Shown here piece by piece: positions 55,654 to 64,000 of a stretch of DNA of 64,000 nucleotides. Origin of the DNA: an uncultured Eubacteriales bacterium (GTDB taxonomy: Bacteria > Bacillota > Clostridia > Oscillospirales > Ruminococcaceae); the NCBI GenBank assembly GCA_900314975.1, contig OMXI01000004.1, positions 5,125-69,124 of the forward strand, read 5' to 3'. How positions within the stretch are numbered: the first letter of the stretch is position 1; each line of letters begins with the position of its first letter. Under the pieces are notes generated by a model. It was given only the letters and a program-made list of their open reading frames with translations, made no database searches and was not told the origin of the DNA. The translations under genes were made by a program, and so were the position numbers.

Positions 55654-56640
55654 ATGCCGAAGAATATAAAAAGTTTTCTCAAAAAGCATATTATTGCAAT
55701 ATGGATAACAGCAGCTGCTCTCACGCTTGTGACACTCGGCGTTATGGCTTCTTACACCAATCAGAGCAATAAGGCAAAAAAAGTAGTTGCTACAGTTGCT
55801 AAAACAGAAATGCAGTTCTCATCGAACTATCTGGATACTACTAATCCGTTCAGAACCATAGTAATAAATGACGGTGATGCTATAAGTGTCGATGTAAGGA
55901 ATTACAGCGGTAATTCAACTACGTGGTATAAATCGGATATCAATTATACTTTTACAGCAGAACTGACAAAAACAGACGGAAGCAGCCTATCAGAAAGTGA
56001 GGCTGCGGAGCTGTTGGGCGACGGAGGCTCGGTTATAATAAAAACTGCAGATGATGAAGGAACTGAGAGTCCTACTCCATTATGCACGCTTACAGCAACA
56101 AACAGGAGTTCTGGCGACATATCACGTTGCTTGACATTTAATTCTTCAGCAACTACATCTGATCATTTCAAGGTTTATTTTTCAAGTCCATCAAGCAAGG
56201 TGTGTGTAAAGATTACAGCAACGCCAAACGTTTCGTATAAAGATTTGGAACTGATCAGCGCCATACTTGCTGTATCAGATAAAAGCAGTGTTCAAAACAA
56301 TGGTTGGACCGGGGAATTCACAGATCCTATGACTAATAAGACTCCATCAGACTATGATGCATATAATTATGCTATTACAGGAAACGGCAATTCAGATTCC
56401 GCTACACTGAGATGGGATTCAAGTAAAATCAGTATTAATAGTCAATATATCAGAGATACATTACATGTAACGACGATAAGTGATATTCCGGGGCGAACAG
56501 GCTGGAAGGAAATAACGTTCTCTCTTGATTCAACCACAAGCAGTGGACGTTATTCGTTCCAAGTGTTTAAGGTTAACGGACAGATTCCTGCAACTTGGAA
56601 TGCACTTAAAGGTTATATAGAATTTGACGATGGTATTTAA
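55654..56640 (+). CDS. Island protein C: basic N-tail, one TM segment, ASYTNQ motif, beta-rich ectodomain
   Basis: GGGAGTG RBS and ATG 55654 (ATG 55636 is also possible). The N-terminus is MPKNIKSFLKKHIIAIWITAAALTLVTLGVMASYTNQSNKAKKVVATV. Confidence 0.6.
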   Translation: MPKNIKSFLKKHIIAIWITAAALTLVTLGVMASYTNQSNKAKKVVATVAKTEMQFSSNYLDTTNPFRTIVINDGDAISVDVRNYSGNSTTWYKSDINYTFTAELTKTDGSSLSESEAAELLGDGGSVIIKTADDEGTESPTPLCTLTATNRSSGDISRCLTFNSSATTSDHFKVYFSSPSSKVCVKITATPNVSYKDLELISAILAVSDKSSVQNNGWTGEFTDPMTNKTPSDYDAYNYAITGNGNSDSATLRWDSSKISINSQYIRDTLHVTTISDIPGRTGWKEITFSLDSTTSSGRYSFQVFKVNGQIPATWNALKGYIEFDDGI

Positions 56641-56675
56641 TTCTCAGTATCATCATTAATTCAGAGGTGAGCAAA

Positions 56676-59600
56676 ATGACAAAAGCAAGAAAGAAAAAAA
56701 ATAGCAGTATTATTTTTAAGCGCGTGATCAGTACTGTCACAGCGTTTACTCTCCTTGCCTGTAGCTTACCTATGTCTGAAATCTCAAGCAAACTTATGTC
56801 TTTGCCGGGAACTATAGTTGCCCAAGCAGATGAATATGGACATAATCCGACCTTGTTTACACCAAACGATGTAATAGAATACTCAAAGGACTATAATGCT
56901 CGTCCCGATTTTCATTATAATGATATAGTAACAATCTCATATAGTGGTTCTGATTCCAGCGTTGCATTTACAGGATTTCAGAGTATTGGCAAAACAAGAG
57001 CTTTTGAAGGAAAATTAATAATAGACACTGTTTCAGATCATTGGCTCAATATTGATGTTCCTATGTTTGAACAAATTGCTGATAATGCAGAGATAGAAAC
57101 AGCATCAGGAAGACAGCTTATTATCAAGCCAACGGCAGACAGCGATGAACCGGTTTTTGCAAAAAAAGTCGTTCACAAGGATGGCAATAATCAAACTGCA
57201 AATTGGAAAGTCGAAATAGGAAATTATAATTCTGAGAATCACAAGCACGGCAGCGTTATAGGTACATTAGATGAAGATGCAAAGGTCTCTTTGTCTGTTG
57301 TTAATGATTACAGTGCTGCAGTTGAAGGCAAGACGAATGCTGGTGTGATATGCGAGACTATGAATGCTGACTCAGCACTTACTGTTACAAGTATAAGCGG
57401 TTCGGATATGACAAGCGTTACTGCTAAAAATGGCAACGCAGGTGGTCTTGTCGGTGAAATGGAAGCAGGCTCTACACTGAATGTAAATGGTGCAAGCAGT
57501 GCCTTTGCTTCTCCTACATCAACAATAACTGCAAAAGGATCAGATCACTATGCAGGCGGCTTGGTTGGTAAGAACTTTCAAGCGACAGTTACAACCAATA
57601 ATGGTTATACTGCAATAAAAAACACCATTTCAGGAACCGCAGGTGCTGGTGGCTTATTTGGATATTATAAACCTATCCTGACGTCGAATACTTTTAGTCT
57701 TGACCTGGATTCTTACACTATTGGAGATTCATCCAAGAAATGCAGTGTTTCGAGCATCGGCGGAGCAGGCGGCTTCTTTGGTGTGCTTGATAATCCACAA
57801 GGCGGAACAATAACTCTCAGCGGTAGTAGTACTAAACCTATCTATGCTAAAGGTGCAGGAAATACCACTGTATTTGGCGGTATAATAGGAACTTACAGGG
57901 CTAACTCTATCGATAATTCACTGTTCATCAATGGAACAAGTTCAAGCAATAAGCTTACAATAAACACTGATAAGTCAAACGATCTTGCATATTATGGCGG
58001 CGTTATCGGAAAGATAGACGGTTCTGTTTTTGCAAGCGTAGAAAGCGTTTCTGTAAATGCTTCAAATGCAGGCGATGAGTTCTTTGGCGGCGCAGTAGCT
58101 TGCGCTGATGACGGATATGTTTATGTCAAGGATTTTGCTCTTACAGCATCCGGCACTCACGGCGGCGGCGTAGTTGGACATTGTGCAAATGGAGTTGTTC
58201 ATCTTGCAGGAGCTACAGATCTTTCAGGTGCAACTTCCGCCACAGAAAGCGCAAAATATGGTCAAATTGTAGGATACAGGGATAGTGCGCTCGTTTTTGC
58301 GGACAGCAGTTGGAATCTGACCAGAAGCAGTTCGTCAAGCAACACCGCCGATGATATTGGAGCATGGGGTGAGGTAGTACGGTTTAAAGATTCTGGTTTT
58401 GTTATCAGTGACGTGCTTGATGCTTACTATATTCCTACAGCCGCATCGCCTAATCACTATGCGACTGTTAAAGCCGCAGCATTTTCAGGCACAAAAATAG
58501 CGCTTTCGGATAAAGCAACATTTGCTAGGGCTGCTCTTAATATGCAGCTTAATAATGGATCTTCAGATAGCACAAAGACCCTCAGATTTGCAGATACAAC
58601 AAATAGCACATACACTGTTCTTAAATCAAAAAGTGTAGCTATGTCAGCTGATATTGATCTTAGCCATACAGGTATGACAGGATTGACAAGAGACAACAAA
58701 TTATCTGAATGGACTGCTGATATAGGACCTGAATACTCCGGTTCAGAATTTGACGGCGGCACTTATACCTTGACACTTGCTATCGGAGAGGGTTATAATG
58801 GCGCAGATACCACTAATATCTCTGATTCAAGCAGCAAAGGTAAAATCTATTGCCATAGATTTAATGGCCTGTTTGGTGAAACTAGTTCTGCTTTTACTGT
58901 AAAGAATGTTACAATAACAGGAAAAGTACATACCTATGATCGAGCTGGTAAGGATGCGATATTTTATGTCGGTACCATAGCAGGTAATGCAGCTGCTGCG
59001 TTTAATGCAACAGGTGTGACTGTTAACAACAGCACAAGCGTAGTTTATGGTACAAACAGCGCAGATGACGAATTATATGTCGGCGGTCTTGTGGGCAAAA
59101 TGTCTGCACCGGGTACTTCAACTATTGGTTCACAAGCTTATGTCGGAACTACAAACAGCACATTCAGTGCTTCGATAACCGGAAATGCTGCAAACGGTAC
59201 GCCCTATATCGGTGGAGTTTCAGGATATGTTGACGGGAACGACGGTGTAGTAAATGTCTATGATGTTAAGATTAGTGGTTCTGTAACTAACAGTGGAACC
59301 AGAAAAGATCAGTATATAGGTGGTCTCTTTGCAAATGCATGGAACTGTACTCTTAATCTTGATGGCGTAGAATTGAATGGATTAACTGTCAAGGGTAAAA
59401 TGAACAGTGATGGTGGAGCCACGATGGGTGGACTGCTTGGATATAACTACCTCAATACTACATCGACATTTGACAATATTAAAGTTTTAAATTGCATTCT
59501 TGATAATGATTCTTCAACAGGAAAAATGGCTGGACTTGTTAATATGGGTTCAGGTTACTGGAAATTCCTAAAAGTTGAAATAGGAGGAGATTCTCCTTCT

Positions 59601-62600
59601 GTTAATGGAATTACACTTGCGGGCAGTTCTGCCGAGTCTTTTGGTATGCTTGTTAACAGAGCATCTTCCGGCGAAAGTGCTATGTATTTGGAGCTCCCAT
59701 CAGGATTCACTTATAAGATTTATAATGTTTCAGGTACTGCTCCTGCGATTTATGATGAGATAGCAGCTAACACAAAACTTGCTGGTTCCATTGAAGAGAA
59801 CGGAAACCCGATTGTGTCAATCAATACGAACGGTACAACAAGATATGGTCCACAGACTGACACAACAGTCCATATGACATCCGGTACCTGCAATACATAT
59901 CAAAATCAGGTCACCGCTACGGGATTCAATAAGTATAATCCCAATTCAAGGTATTATTATAACGTTGATAACTATATTGGGCAATCTAATTCTGGAGCAG
60001 CAGCGCTCTATCTGTGGAGCGTTTATCAGTATGCCCACAGCACTATACAATTAAAGATTGCTGCATCTGCACCATCAGCATCGTTTTCAGGATCACTTGA
60101 CCTTGACGGATACAGCTATTATCCTGTTGATGTTTCTGGTTCTGGAACGGTTAATATTCAAGGCAATGTCAAACTTTATAATGAAAAAATAGAAAATATT
60201 GAAGCTGCTTCTTCGGGCGGCTCTGATAGTTATGCCAGAACAACATTAAAAGATACTACAAATAATACGACAACACAGCATTATCTTATGCACGCAGGTT
60301 TGTTCCGTAATGTTAGCGGTACTGTAAATATAAACGGAGCATTGAGTCTTAACGGAACTGTTCCTCTTATAAATTCTTATTGCGGAGCACTTGTTTGTGG
60401 AACAATAGGTGGAAGTACATCGTCAAATGCAACTGTAACATCTAACAATACAGGTGCAAGTATTTCCCTTGCGGGTATAAAAATACATAATAAGAACAGT
60501 TCATATTCTCCGTTGCTGATAAACAAGGCAAGCACTAATGTTGTCCTTGATATTTATAATGTATCCGCAAGCGGTTATTCATCTAATGATACTATCGCAA
60601 CCAGTCTTCTTGGAAAAGTTGGTTCAGACACTGCGGTGGAAGTAAAAGTTACATTCAATAGTATTGAGCTTGATGCTCGCTCTTCCAATACGCCATCTAC
60701 TCTTGATACTGTATACGGAACAACAAAATCTCTTTTTACAAGAGCAACTCTTCTTGAAAGCCTTGAATATGCTTCTGGTTCGGGTTCATATGGTGTGTAT
60801 AATTATGAGTATAGCGAGGACTGGAATGCTTCACATAGTCATATAGGTGATGTGACATACGGCAAAGAACTTACAAATAACGACAGCAAGAATTATGGAA
60901 AAGAATTCTGGTATTATAATGAAAATCATGCGAGTGTTGATGCGCATTATGTTGATCCATTGAATTATAATACAACAGGAAATGGTATATCAAGTGTCGA
61001 TTTCACAGGTTATATTCCTTATGTTGCAGTTTGGGGCAGTGATATAGGAACATCTACAACAAAACATCAGCTTAACGTCAATCATGCGGCAGCAACGTTT
61101 GGTGGCTGTGGAACATACAACGATCCATACAAGATTACAGACGGCAGTCAGCTTGAGTCGATTGCAAAGATACTGAGCGGCGATGATGACAACGGTACGT
61201 TTTGGCTTTATTATCCGGATGATACTGATCAATGGTGTGACAACAAAGATCAACACAAAGCATATAGATATTATTCAGCTCAATTTACAACAAAGGAAGG
61301 TACATCAGTTACTCCAACTGAAGGCACTTATTATCAGGTCATACCTTTTACCGAAAGCGGTATCACAAATTATTATGTAACAAATGCAAGCAAAGACAAT
61401 ACCCTTTCTCCGAGCGCAGTTCGTAAACATCTTGCAGGAGCATATTATTATCTTGACAAAAATATTATCATTAGTGCAAGTTCCGGTTATGCTGGTCTTG
61501 GAAGTAATTCAGACAGTACATATGCTTTTCATGGAGTAATTGCCGGAAATGATAAAACCATAACCAACCAGTCGGGTTCTCCGTTGATATATGCAAGCAA
61601 CGGTTGCGTTGTCAGAAATCTCAAGGTTGTTGCTGAGAATAACAGTATTGCACTTACTGGTACTGCAAGCAACGGTTTTCAAACATCCGGAGGCTGCGGC
61701 GCATATGGTGCTGTTATCGGCAGAGTATTTGGTGGCGATAACATTCTTGACAAAGTTAAGGTCGATGTCAGCAGTGCAGTGGTAACTCCAACAACGGTGA
61801 CACCTGTAGGCGGATACATTGGTGTTATTGTTGAAGGTGGCGTATTCTTCCGCAATATGGATGATACTAATGTGCCTGTTGCAGATAAAACCGGGTTTGC
61901 TACAACAACAGTAAATAATGGGACAACAGTCGCAACAATCTATAACGAGGACAGCAAGCAGTATTTGTATTGCAATCCGCTAATCGGCAGAGTCATCAAC
62001 GGATTTGCAGTTACAGAGGCAAGCGCTTATGCTCCTTATGAGGATGGATATAGATATTTCGGCAGCGGAACGACTCCCGTATCTGGGAACGCTGTAACGC
62101 TAAAAAATGGCAACAAGAACTATTCGATCACAGATATTGCACCAAATGATAAGCTCACAGTTTCAGCAAAATCATTCACCGTATCATCTTCACAGCAATT
62201 CTTTGTGATGTCGCTCATCATTAACAGCGGTATAGGGACAAATGGTACGAATGTTGTTGGTTATTATGGTTCTAATCAGATGACGCGCCGTGCTGATTAT
62301 TCTGATGTCGGAACAGACGTTAAGAAAACTGACGATGGATATGCAAGCACTAATGCATGGAAGGATTATCAGAAAGCAAAGGATGATGACACTGCCAATC
62401 CATATCTGTTAGACAAGTACGCAACAGGTACTTACGCAAAACAACTTGGAAGCGAGTCGGGATTCACTATTAATTTGAATGCTGATATTATTTTACCTGA
62501 TGGGTATAAAGGTATTGGAAATATTTATGGAACGGAAGCAATTATAAATAATAATAAAGCAAGAATTCTAAATGATAACCTTCAATTAGCATTATCAAAT

Positions 62601-64000
62601 TTCAATGGTAATGACCATACTATATCTCAAAACACCACCTATTATAGCTATACTAAAGGGAATGATAATTATTTACCATATACACATTATTCCTATGTCG
62701 ATAAAGGGGTTACAAAGTATAATAATAATGTTCACGGCTTGGGGTTATTCAATTATGTTAAAAATGCAACATATAAAGAATGTATCCTGACAGGAAATGT
62801 AAAAACTCGTCAGTATAACACCGATGGTACGGCTCCTAATTACATTCGATCTGATGATTTTACTGCTTTAGCTGCTGGAATGTTTATCGGTACACTTAAT
62901 ATGGGCAACAACGCAACAATCACCGATGTGTACCTCCAAAACACCTATACCGAAGGCTCACGTGAAGCGGCTGGCTTAATAGGATTTTTGATTAATGGAG
63001 GTAAGAAAATATCTATTTCCAATACAATTAGTAAATCAACACAATCGAATAAAATTCGTGTAAGTGCTGGAACGAGTGCTGCTGGATTGATTGCAAGACA
63101 AGGTCTTATAGATTCTGGACCAAGTGGTGGTGTTGGAGAAATTGAAATTAAACTTAATGGGCACCAATTTGATTACGTAAGTATTATTTCGAGATATGAT
63201 GGAACATTCGAAAAAGATAAATGGAATTCCGATTGGTCTTTAGGAGTTGGTGGAATTGTTGGTATAGCCAGAGCAGGTACAAACGATATCTCAGCTACAA
63301 ATAACCATATTACAATTGAAGGTGTCAATATTGGCAAGGCTGTTGGTGATAATGCAAGAGTAGTGGCATGTGAGTATATCGACTCAAGTGGCCAGACAGT
63401 GAGAGGTAATGTATATACTGGTGGATTGGTAGGAGTAGCAAATAAAGCACCAATAGATGCAACCGACTGTAATATTTATAATGTTACGGTTAGTTCTGCA
63501 AATTATTCTGGAGGTGTTCTTGGCTGGGGAGGTACTTGGTCAAATATTAATTTGGACAATTTCACAATAAAGAATACTCTTAATGGCGATAATGCTGCTA
63601 AGATCATCTCGAACTCAACGGGTAATGCTGGCTGTGTTGTTGGTTTCTGCAAAGGCGGAGACGATAAACAAAGCATGGGTAGTCTAAAGATTAATGATAG
63701 TATAATTGAAGGGTATACTGTTGAGGCAGGATATGCTGGCTCTGCATTAGGGGACTGGAATTCAAGTAAACCATTTTCAATCAATAATTCTATTGTTAAT
63801 AACTGTACTATCAATTATTATGCCGCTGGAGGAGGTCTTGCAGGACAGCTTAAGCAAAGCTTAAATGGATATAATGTCAGAGTAAGTGAAATAACTTTTA
63901 CGAAGAAAGGAGATGCTGAGACTACCTATAGAGGATATATTGCTGGTAAGCGTGATGGCGGAACTATTAAAATTGTTGGCTTCCAAAGAACAGGAACAAT
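56676..64000 (+). CDS. Giant secreted GLUG-motif beta-helix surface protein, 5' part (>2,441 codons, open at the window end)
   Basis: Not in the ORF track because no stop is reached. GAGGTGA RBS and ATG 56676. I translated the frame by hand to 63998 without meeting a stop; the four listed plus-strand ORFs in this span all share one other frame. Signal peptide MTKARKKKNSSIIFKRVISTVTAFTLLACS...IVAQA|DE. More than 20 GLUG-like units (NAGGLVGE, YAGGLVGK, GAGGLFGY, GAGGFFGV, YYGGVIGK, YVGGLVGK, YIGGVSGY, TMGGLLGY, YTGGLVGV, YSGGVLGW, AAGGGLAGQ). FGGCGTYNDPYKITDGSQLESI is a module start typical of GLUG proteins. Confidence 0.85.
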   Translation, partial: MTKARKKKNSSIIFKRVISTVTAFTLLACSLPMSEISSKLMSLPGTIVAQADEYGHNPTLFTPNDVIEYSKDYNARPDFHYNDIVTISYSGSDSSVAFTGFQSIGKTRAFEGKLIIDTVSDHWLNIDVPMFEQIADNAEIETASGRQLIIKPTADSDEPVFAKKVVHKDGNNQTANWKVEIGNYNSENHKHGSVIGTLDEDAKVSLSVVNDYSAAVEGKTNAGVICETMNADSALTVTSISGSDMTSVTAKNGNAGGLVGEMEAGSTLNVNGASSAFASPTSTITAKGSDHYAGGLVGKNFQATVTTNNGYTAIKNTISGTAGAGGLFGYYKPILTSNTFSLDLDSYTIGDSSKKCSVSSIGGAGGFFGVLDNPQGGTITLSGSSTKPIYAKGAGNTTVFGGIIGTYRANSIDNSLFINGTSSSNKLTINTDKSNDLAYYGGVIGKIDGSVFASVESVSVNASNAGDEFFGGAVACADDGYVYVKDFALTASGTHGGGVVGHCANGVVHLAGATDLSGATSATESAKYGQIVGYRDSALVFADSSWNLTRSSSSSNTADDIGAWGEVVRFKDSGFVISDVLDAYYIPTAASPNHYATVKAAAFSGTKIALSDKATFARAALNMQLNNGSSDSTKTLRFADTTNSTYTVLKSKSVAMSADIDLSHTGMTGLTRDNKLSEWTADIGPEYSGSEFDGGTYTLTLAIGEGYNGADTTNISDSSSKGKIYCHRFNGLFGETSSAFTVKNVTITGKVHTYDRAGKDAIFYVGTIAGNAAAAFNATGVTVNNSTSVVYGTNSADDELYVGGLVGKMSAPGTSTIGSQAYVGTTNSTFSASITGNAANGTPYIGGVSGYVDGNDGVVNVYDVKISGSVTNSGTRKDQYIGGLFANAWNCTLNLDGVELNGLTVKGKMNSDGGATMGGLLGYNYLNTTSTFDNIKVLNCILDNDSSTGKMAGLVNMGSGYWKFLKVEIGGDSPSVNGITLAGSSAESFGMLVNRASSGESAMYLELPSGFTYKIYNVSGTAPAIYDEIAANTKLAGSIEENGNPIVSINTNGTTRYGPQTDTTVHMTSGTCNTYQNQVTATGFNKYNPNSRYYYNVDNYIGQSNSGAAALYLWSVYQYAHSTIQLKIAASAPSASFSGSLDLDGYSYYPVDVSGSGTVNIQGNVKLYNEKIENIEAASSGGSDSYARTTLKDTTNNTTTQHYLMHAGLFRNVSGTVNINGALSLNGTVPLINSYCGALVCGTIGGSTSSNATVTSNNTGASISLAGIKIHNKNSSYSPLLINKASTNVVLDIYNVSASGYSSNDTIATSLLGKVGSDTAVEVKVTFNSIELDARSSNTPSTLDTVYGTTKSLFTRATLLESLEYASGSGSYGVYNYEYSEDWNASHSHIGDVTYGKELTNNDSKNYGKEFWYYNENHASVDAHYVDPLNYNTTGNGISSVDFTGYIPYVAVWGSDIGTSTTKHQLNVNHAAATFGGCGTYNDPYKITDGSQLESIAKILSGDDDNGTFWLYYPDDTDQWCDNKDQHKAYRYYSAQFTTKEGTSVTPTEGTYYQVIPFTESGITNYYVTNASKDNTLSPSAVRKHLAGAYYYLDKNIIISASSGYAGLGSNSDSTYAFHGVIAGNDKTITNQSGSPLIYASNGCVVRNLKVVAENNSIALTGTASNGFQTSGGCGAYGAVIGRVFGGDNILDKVKVDVSSAVVTPTTVTPVGGYIGVIVEGGVFFRNMDDTNVPVADKTGFATTTVNNGTTVATIYNEDSKQYLYCNPLIGRVINGFAVTEASAYAPYEDGYRYFGSGTTPVSGNAVTLKNGNKNYSITDIAPNDKLTVSAKSFTVSSSQQFFVMSLIINSGIGTNGTNVVGYYGSNQMTRRADYSDVGTDVKKTDDGYASTNAWKDYQKAKDDDTANPYLLDKYATGTYAKQLGSESGFTINLNADIILPDGYKGIGNIYGTEAIINNNKARILNDNLQLALSNFNGNDHTISQNTTYYSYTKGNDNYLPYTHYSYVDKGVTKYNNNVHGLGLFNYVKNATYKECILTGNVKTRQYNTDGTAPNYIRSDDFTALAAGMFIGTLNMGNNATITDVYLQNTYTEGSREAAGLIGFLINGGKKISISNTISKSTQSNKIRVSAGTSAAGLIARQGLIDSGPSGGVGEIEIKLNGHQFDYVSIISRYDGTFEKDKWNSDWSLGVGGIVGIARAGTNDISATNNHITIEGVNIGKAVGDNARVVACEYIDSSGQTVRGNVYTGGLVGVANKAPIDATDCNIYNVTVSSANYSGGVLGWGGTWSNINLDNFTIKNTLNGDNAAKIISNSTGNAGCVVGFCKGGDDKQSMGSLKINDSIIEGYTVEAGYAGSALGDWNSSKPFSINNSIVNNCTINYYAAGGGLAGQLKQSLNGYNVRVSEITFTKKGDAETTYRGYIAGKRDGGTIKIVGFQRTGT

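Noticed and set aside
56606-63814. Short ORFs listed inside the 56.6-64 kb region (56606-56791, 58457-58762, 60664-60846, 60990-61256, 61183-61380, 61591-61785, 62605-62790, 63503-63814)
   Set aside because: All are antisense or out of frame relative to the continuous >2,441-codon reading frame that begins at 56676. None has an RBS or any motif.
1-64000. Scan for rRNA, tRNA, CRISPR arrays, group II introns and prophage genes
   Set aside because: Intergenic regions are short and accounted for by promoters and terminators. No cloverleaf-like sequences, repeat-spacer arrays or phage structural or integrase genes were seen by eye. tRNAscan-SE/Infernal should confirm.

Overview
This is a chromosomal segment from a spore-forming Clostridia-type Firmicute, going by sigK, cdaA-cdaR, ppdK and pth-mfd; the finer Oscillospiraceae/Ruminococcaceae-like guess is impression only. 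About 53 kb is G+C-rich core: azlCD, a 1,935-aa multidomain SF1 helicase, pth-mfd, three tandem zinc-ribbon/Q-rich membrane paralogs, ppdK, a TetR-GPH-alpha-galactosidase operon, sigK, a dual-receiver c-di-GMP protein with an Hpt gene, cdaA-cdaR, a Bce-type TCS/ABC module and a GntR/YtrA-type ABC module. After a strong terminator at 53.33-53.37 kb the composition turns clearly AT-rich. A new co-directional operon starts there: three membrane-anchored proteins whose N-termini resemble SipW/TasA-type signals, then a giant ORF (>2,441 codons, 56676 to the window end). The ORF track omits this ORF because it never reaches a stop. It carries a Sec signal and more than 20 GLUG-like GG[LVIF][VFIL]G beta-helix motifs. 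I consider this island the best candidate for an undescribed system, possibly a surface fibre or adhesin module. The second candidate is the helicase, which combines transglutaminase-like, DUF4011-like, Upf1-like SF1, degenerate REase-like and DUF3320-like regions and could be a conflict/defence gene. Other points: a 416-bp multi-palindrome element bounded by perfect 15-bp inverted repeats (42808-43223), operator-like inverted repeats at the TetR, Bce and GntR loci, and 15-nt periodic coding repeats. I found no rRNA, tRNA, CRISPR array, integrase or transposase. All family assignments come from motif recognition by eye, not database searches. Many ORF-track starts are 5'-extended or begin at GTG/TTG; I re-set starts where an RBS supports it.
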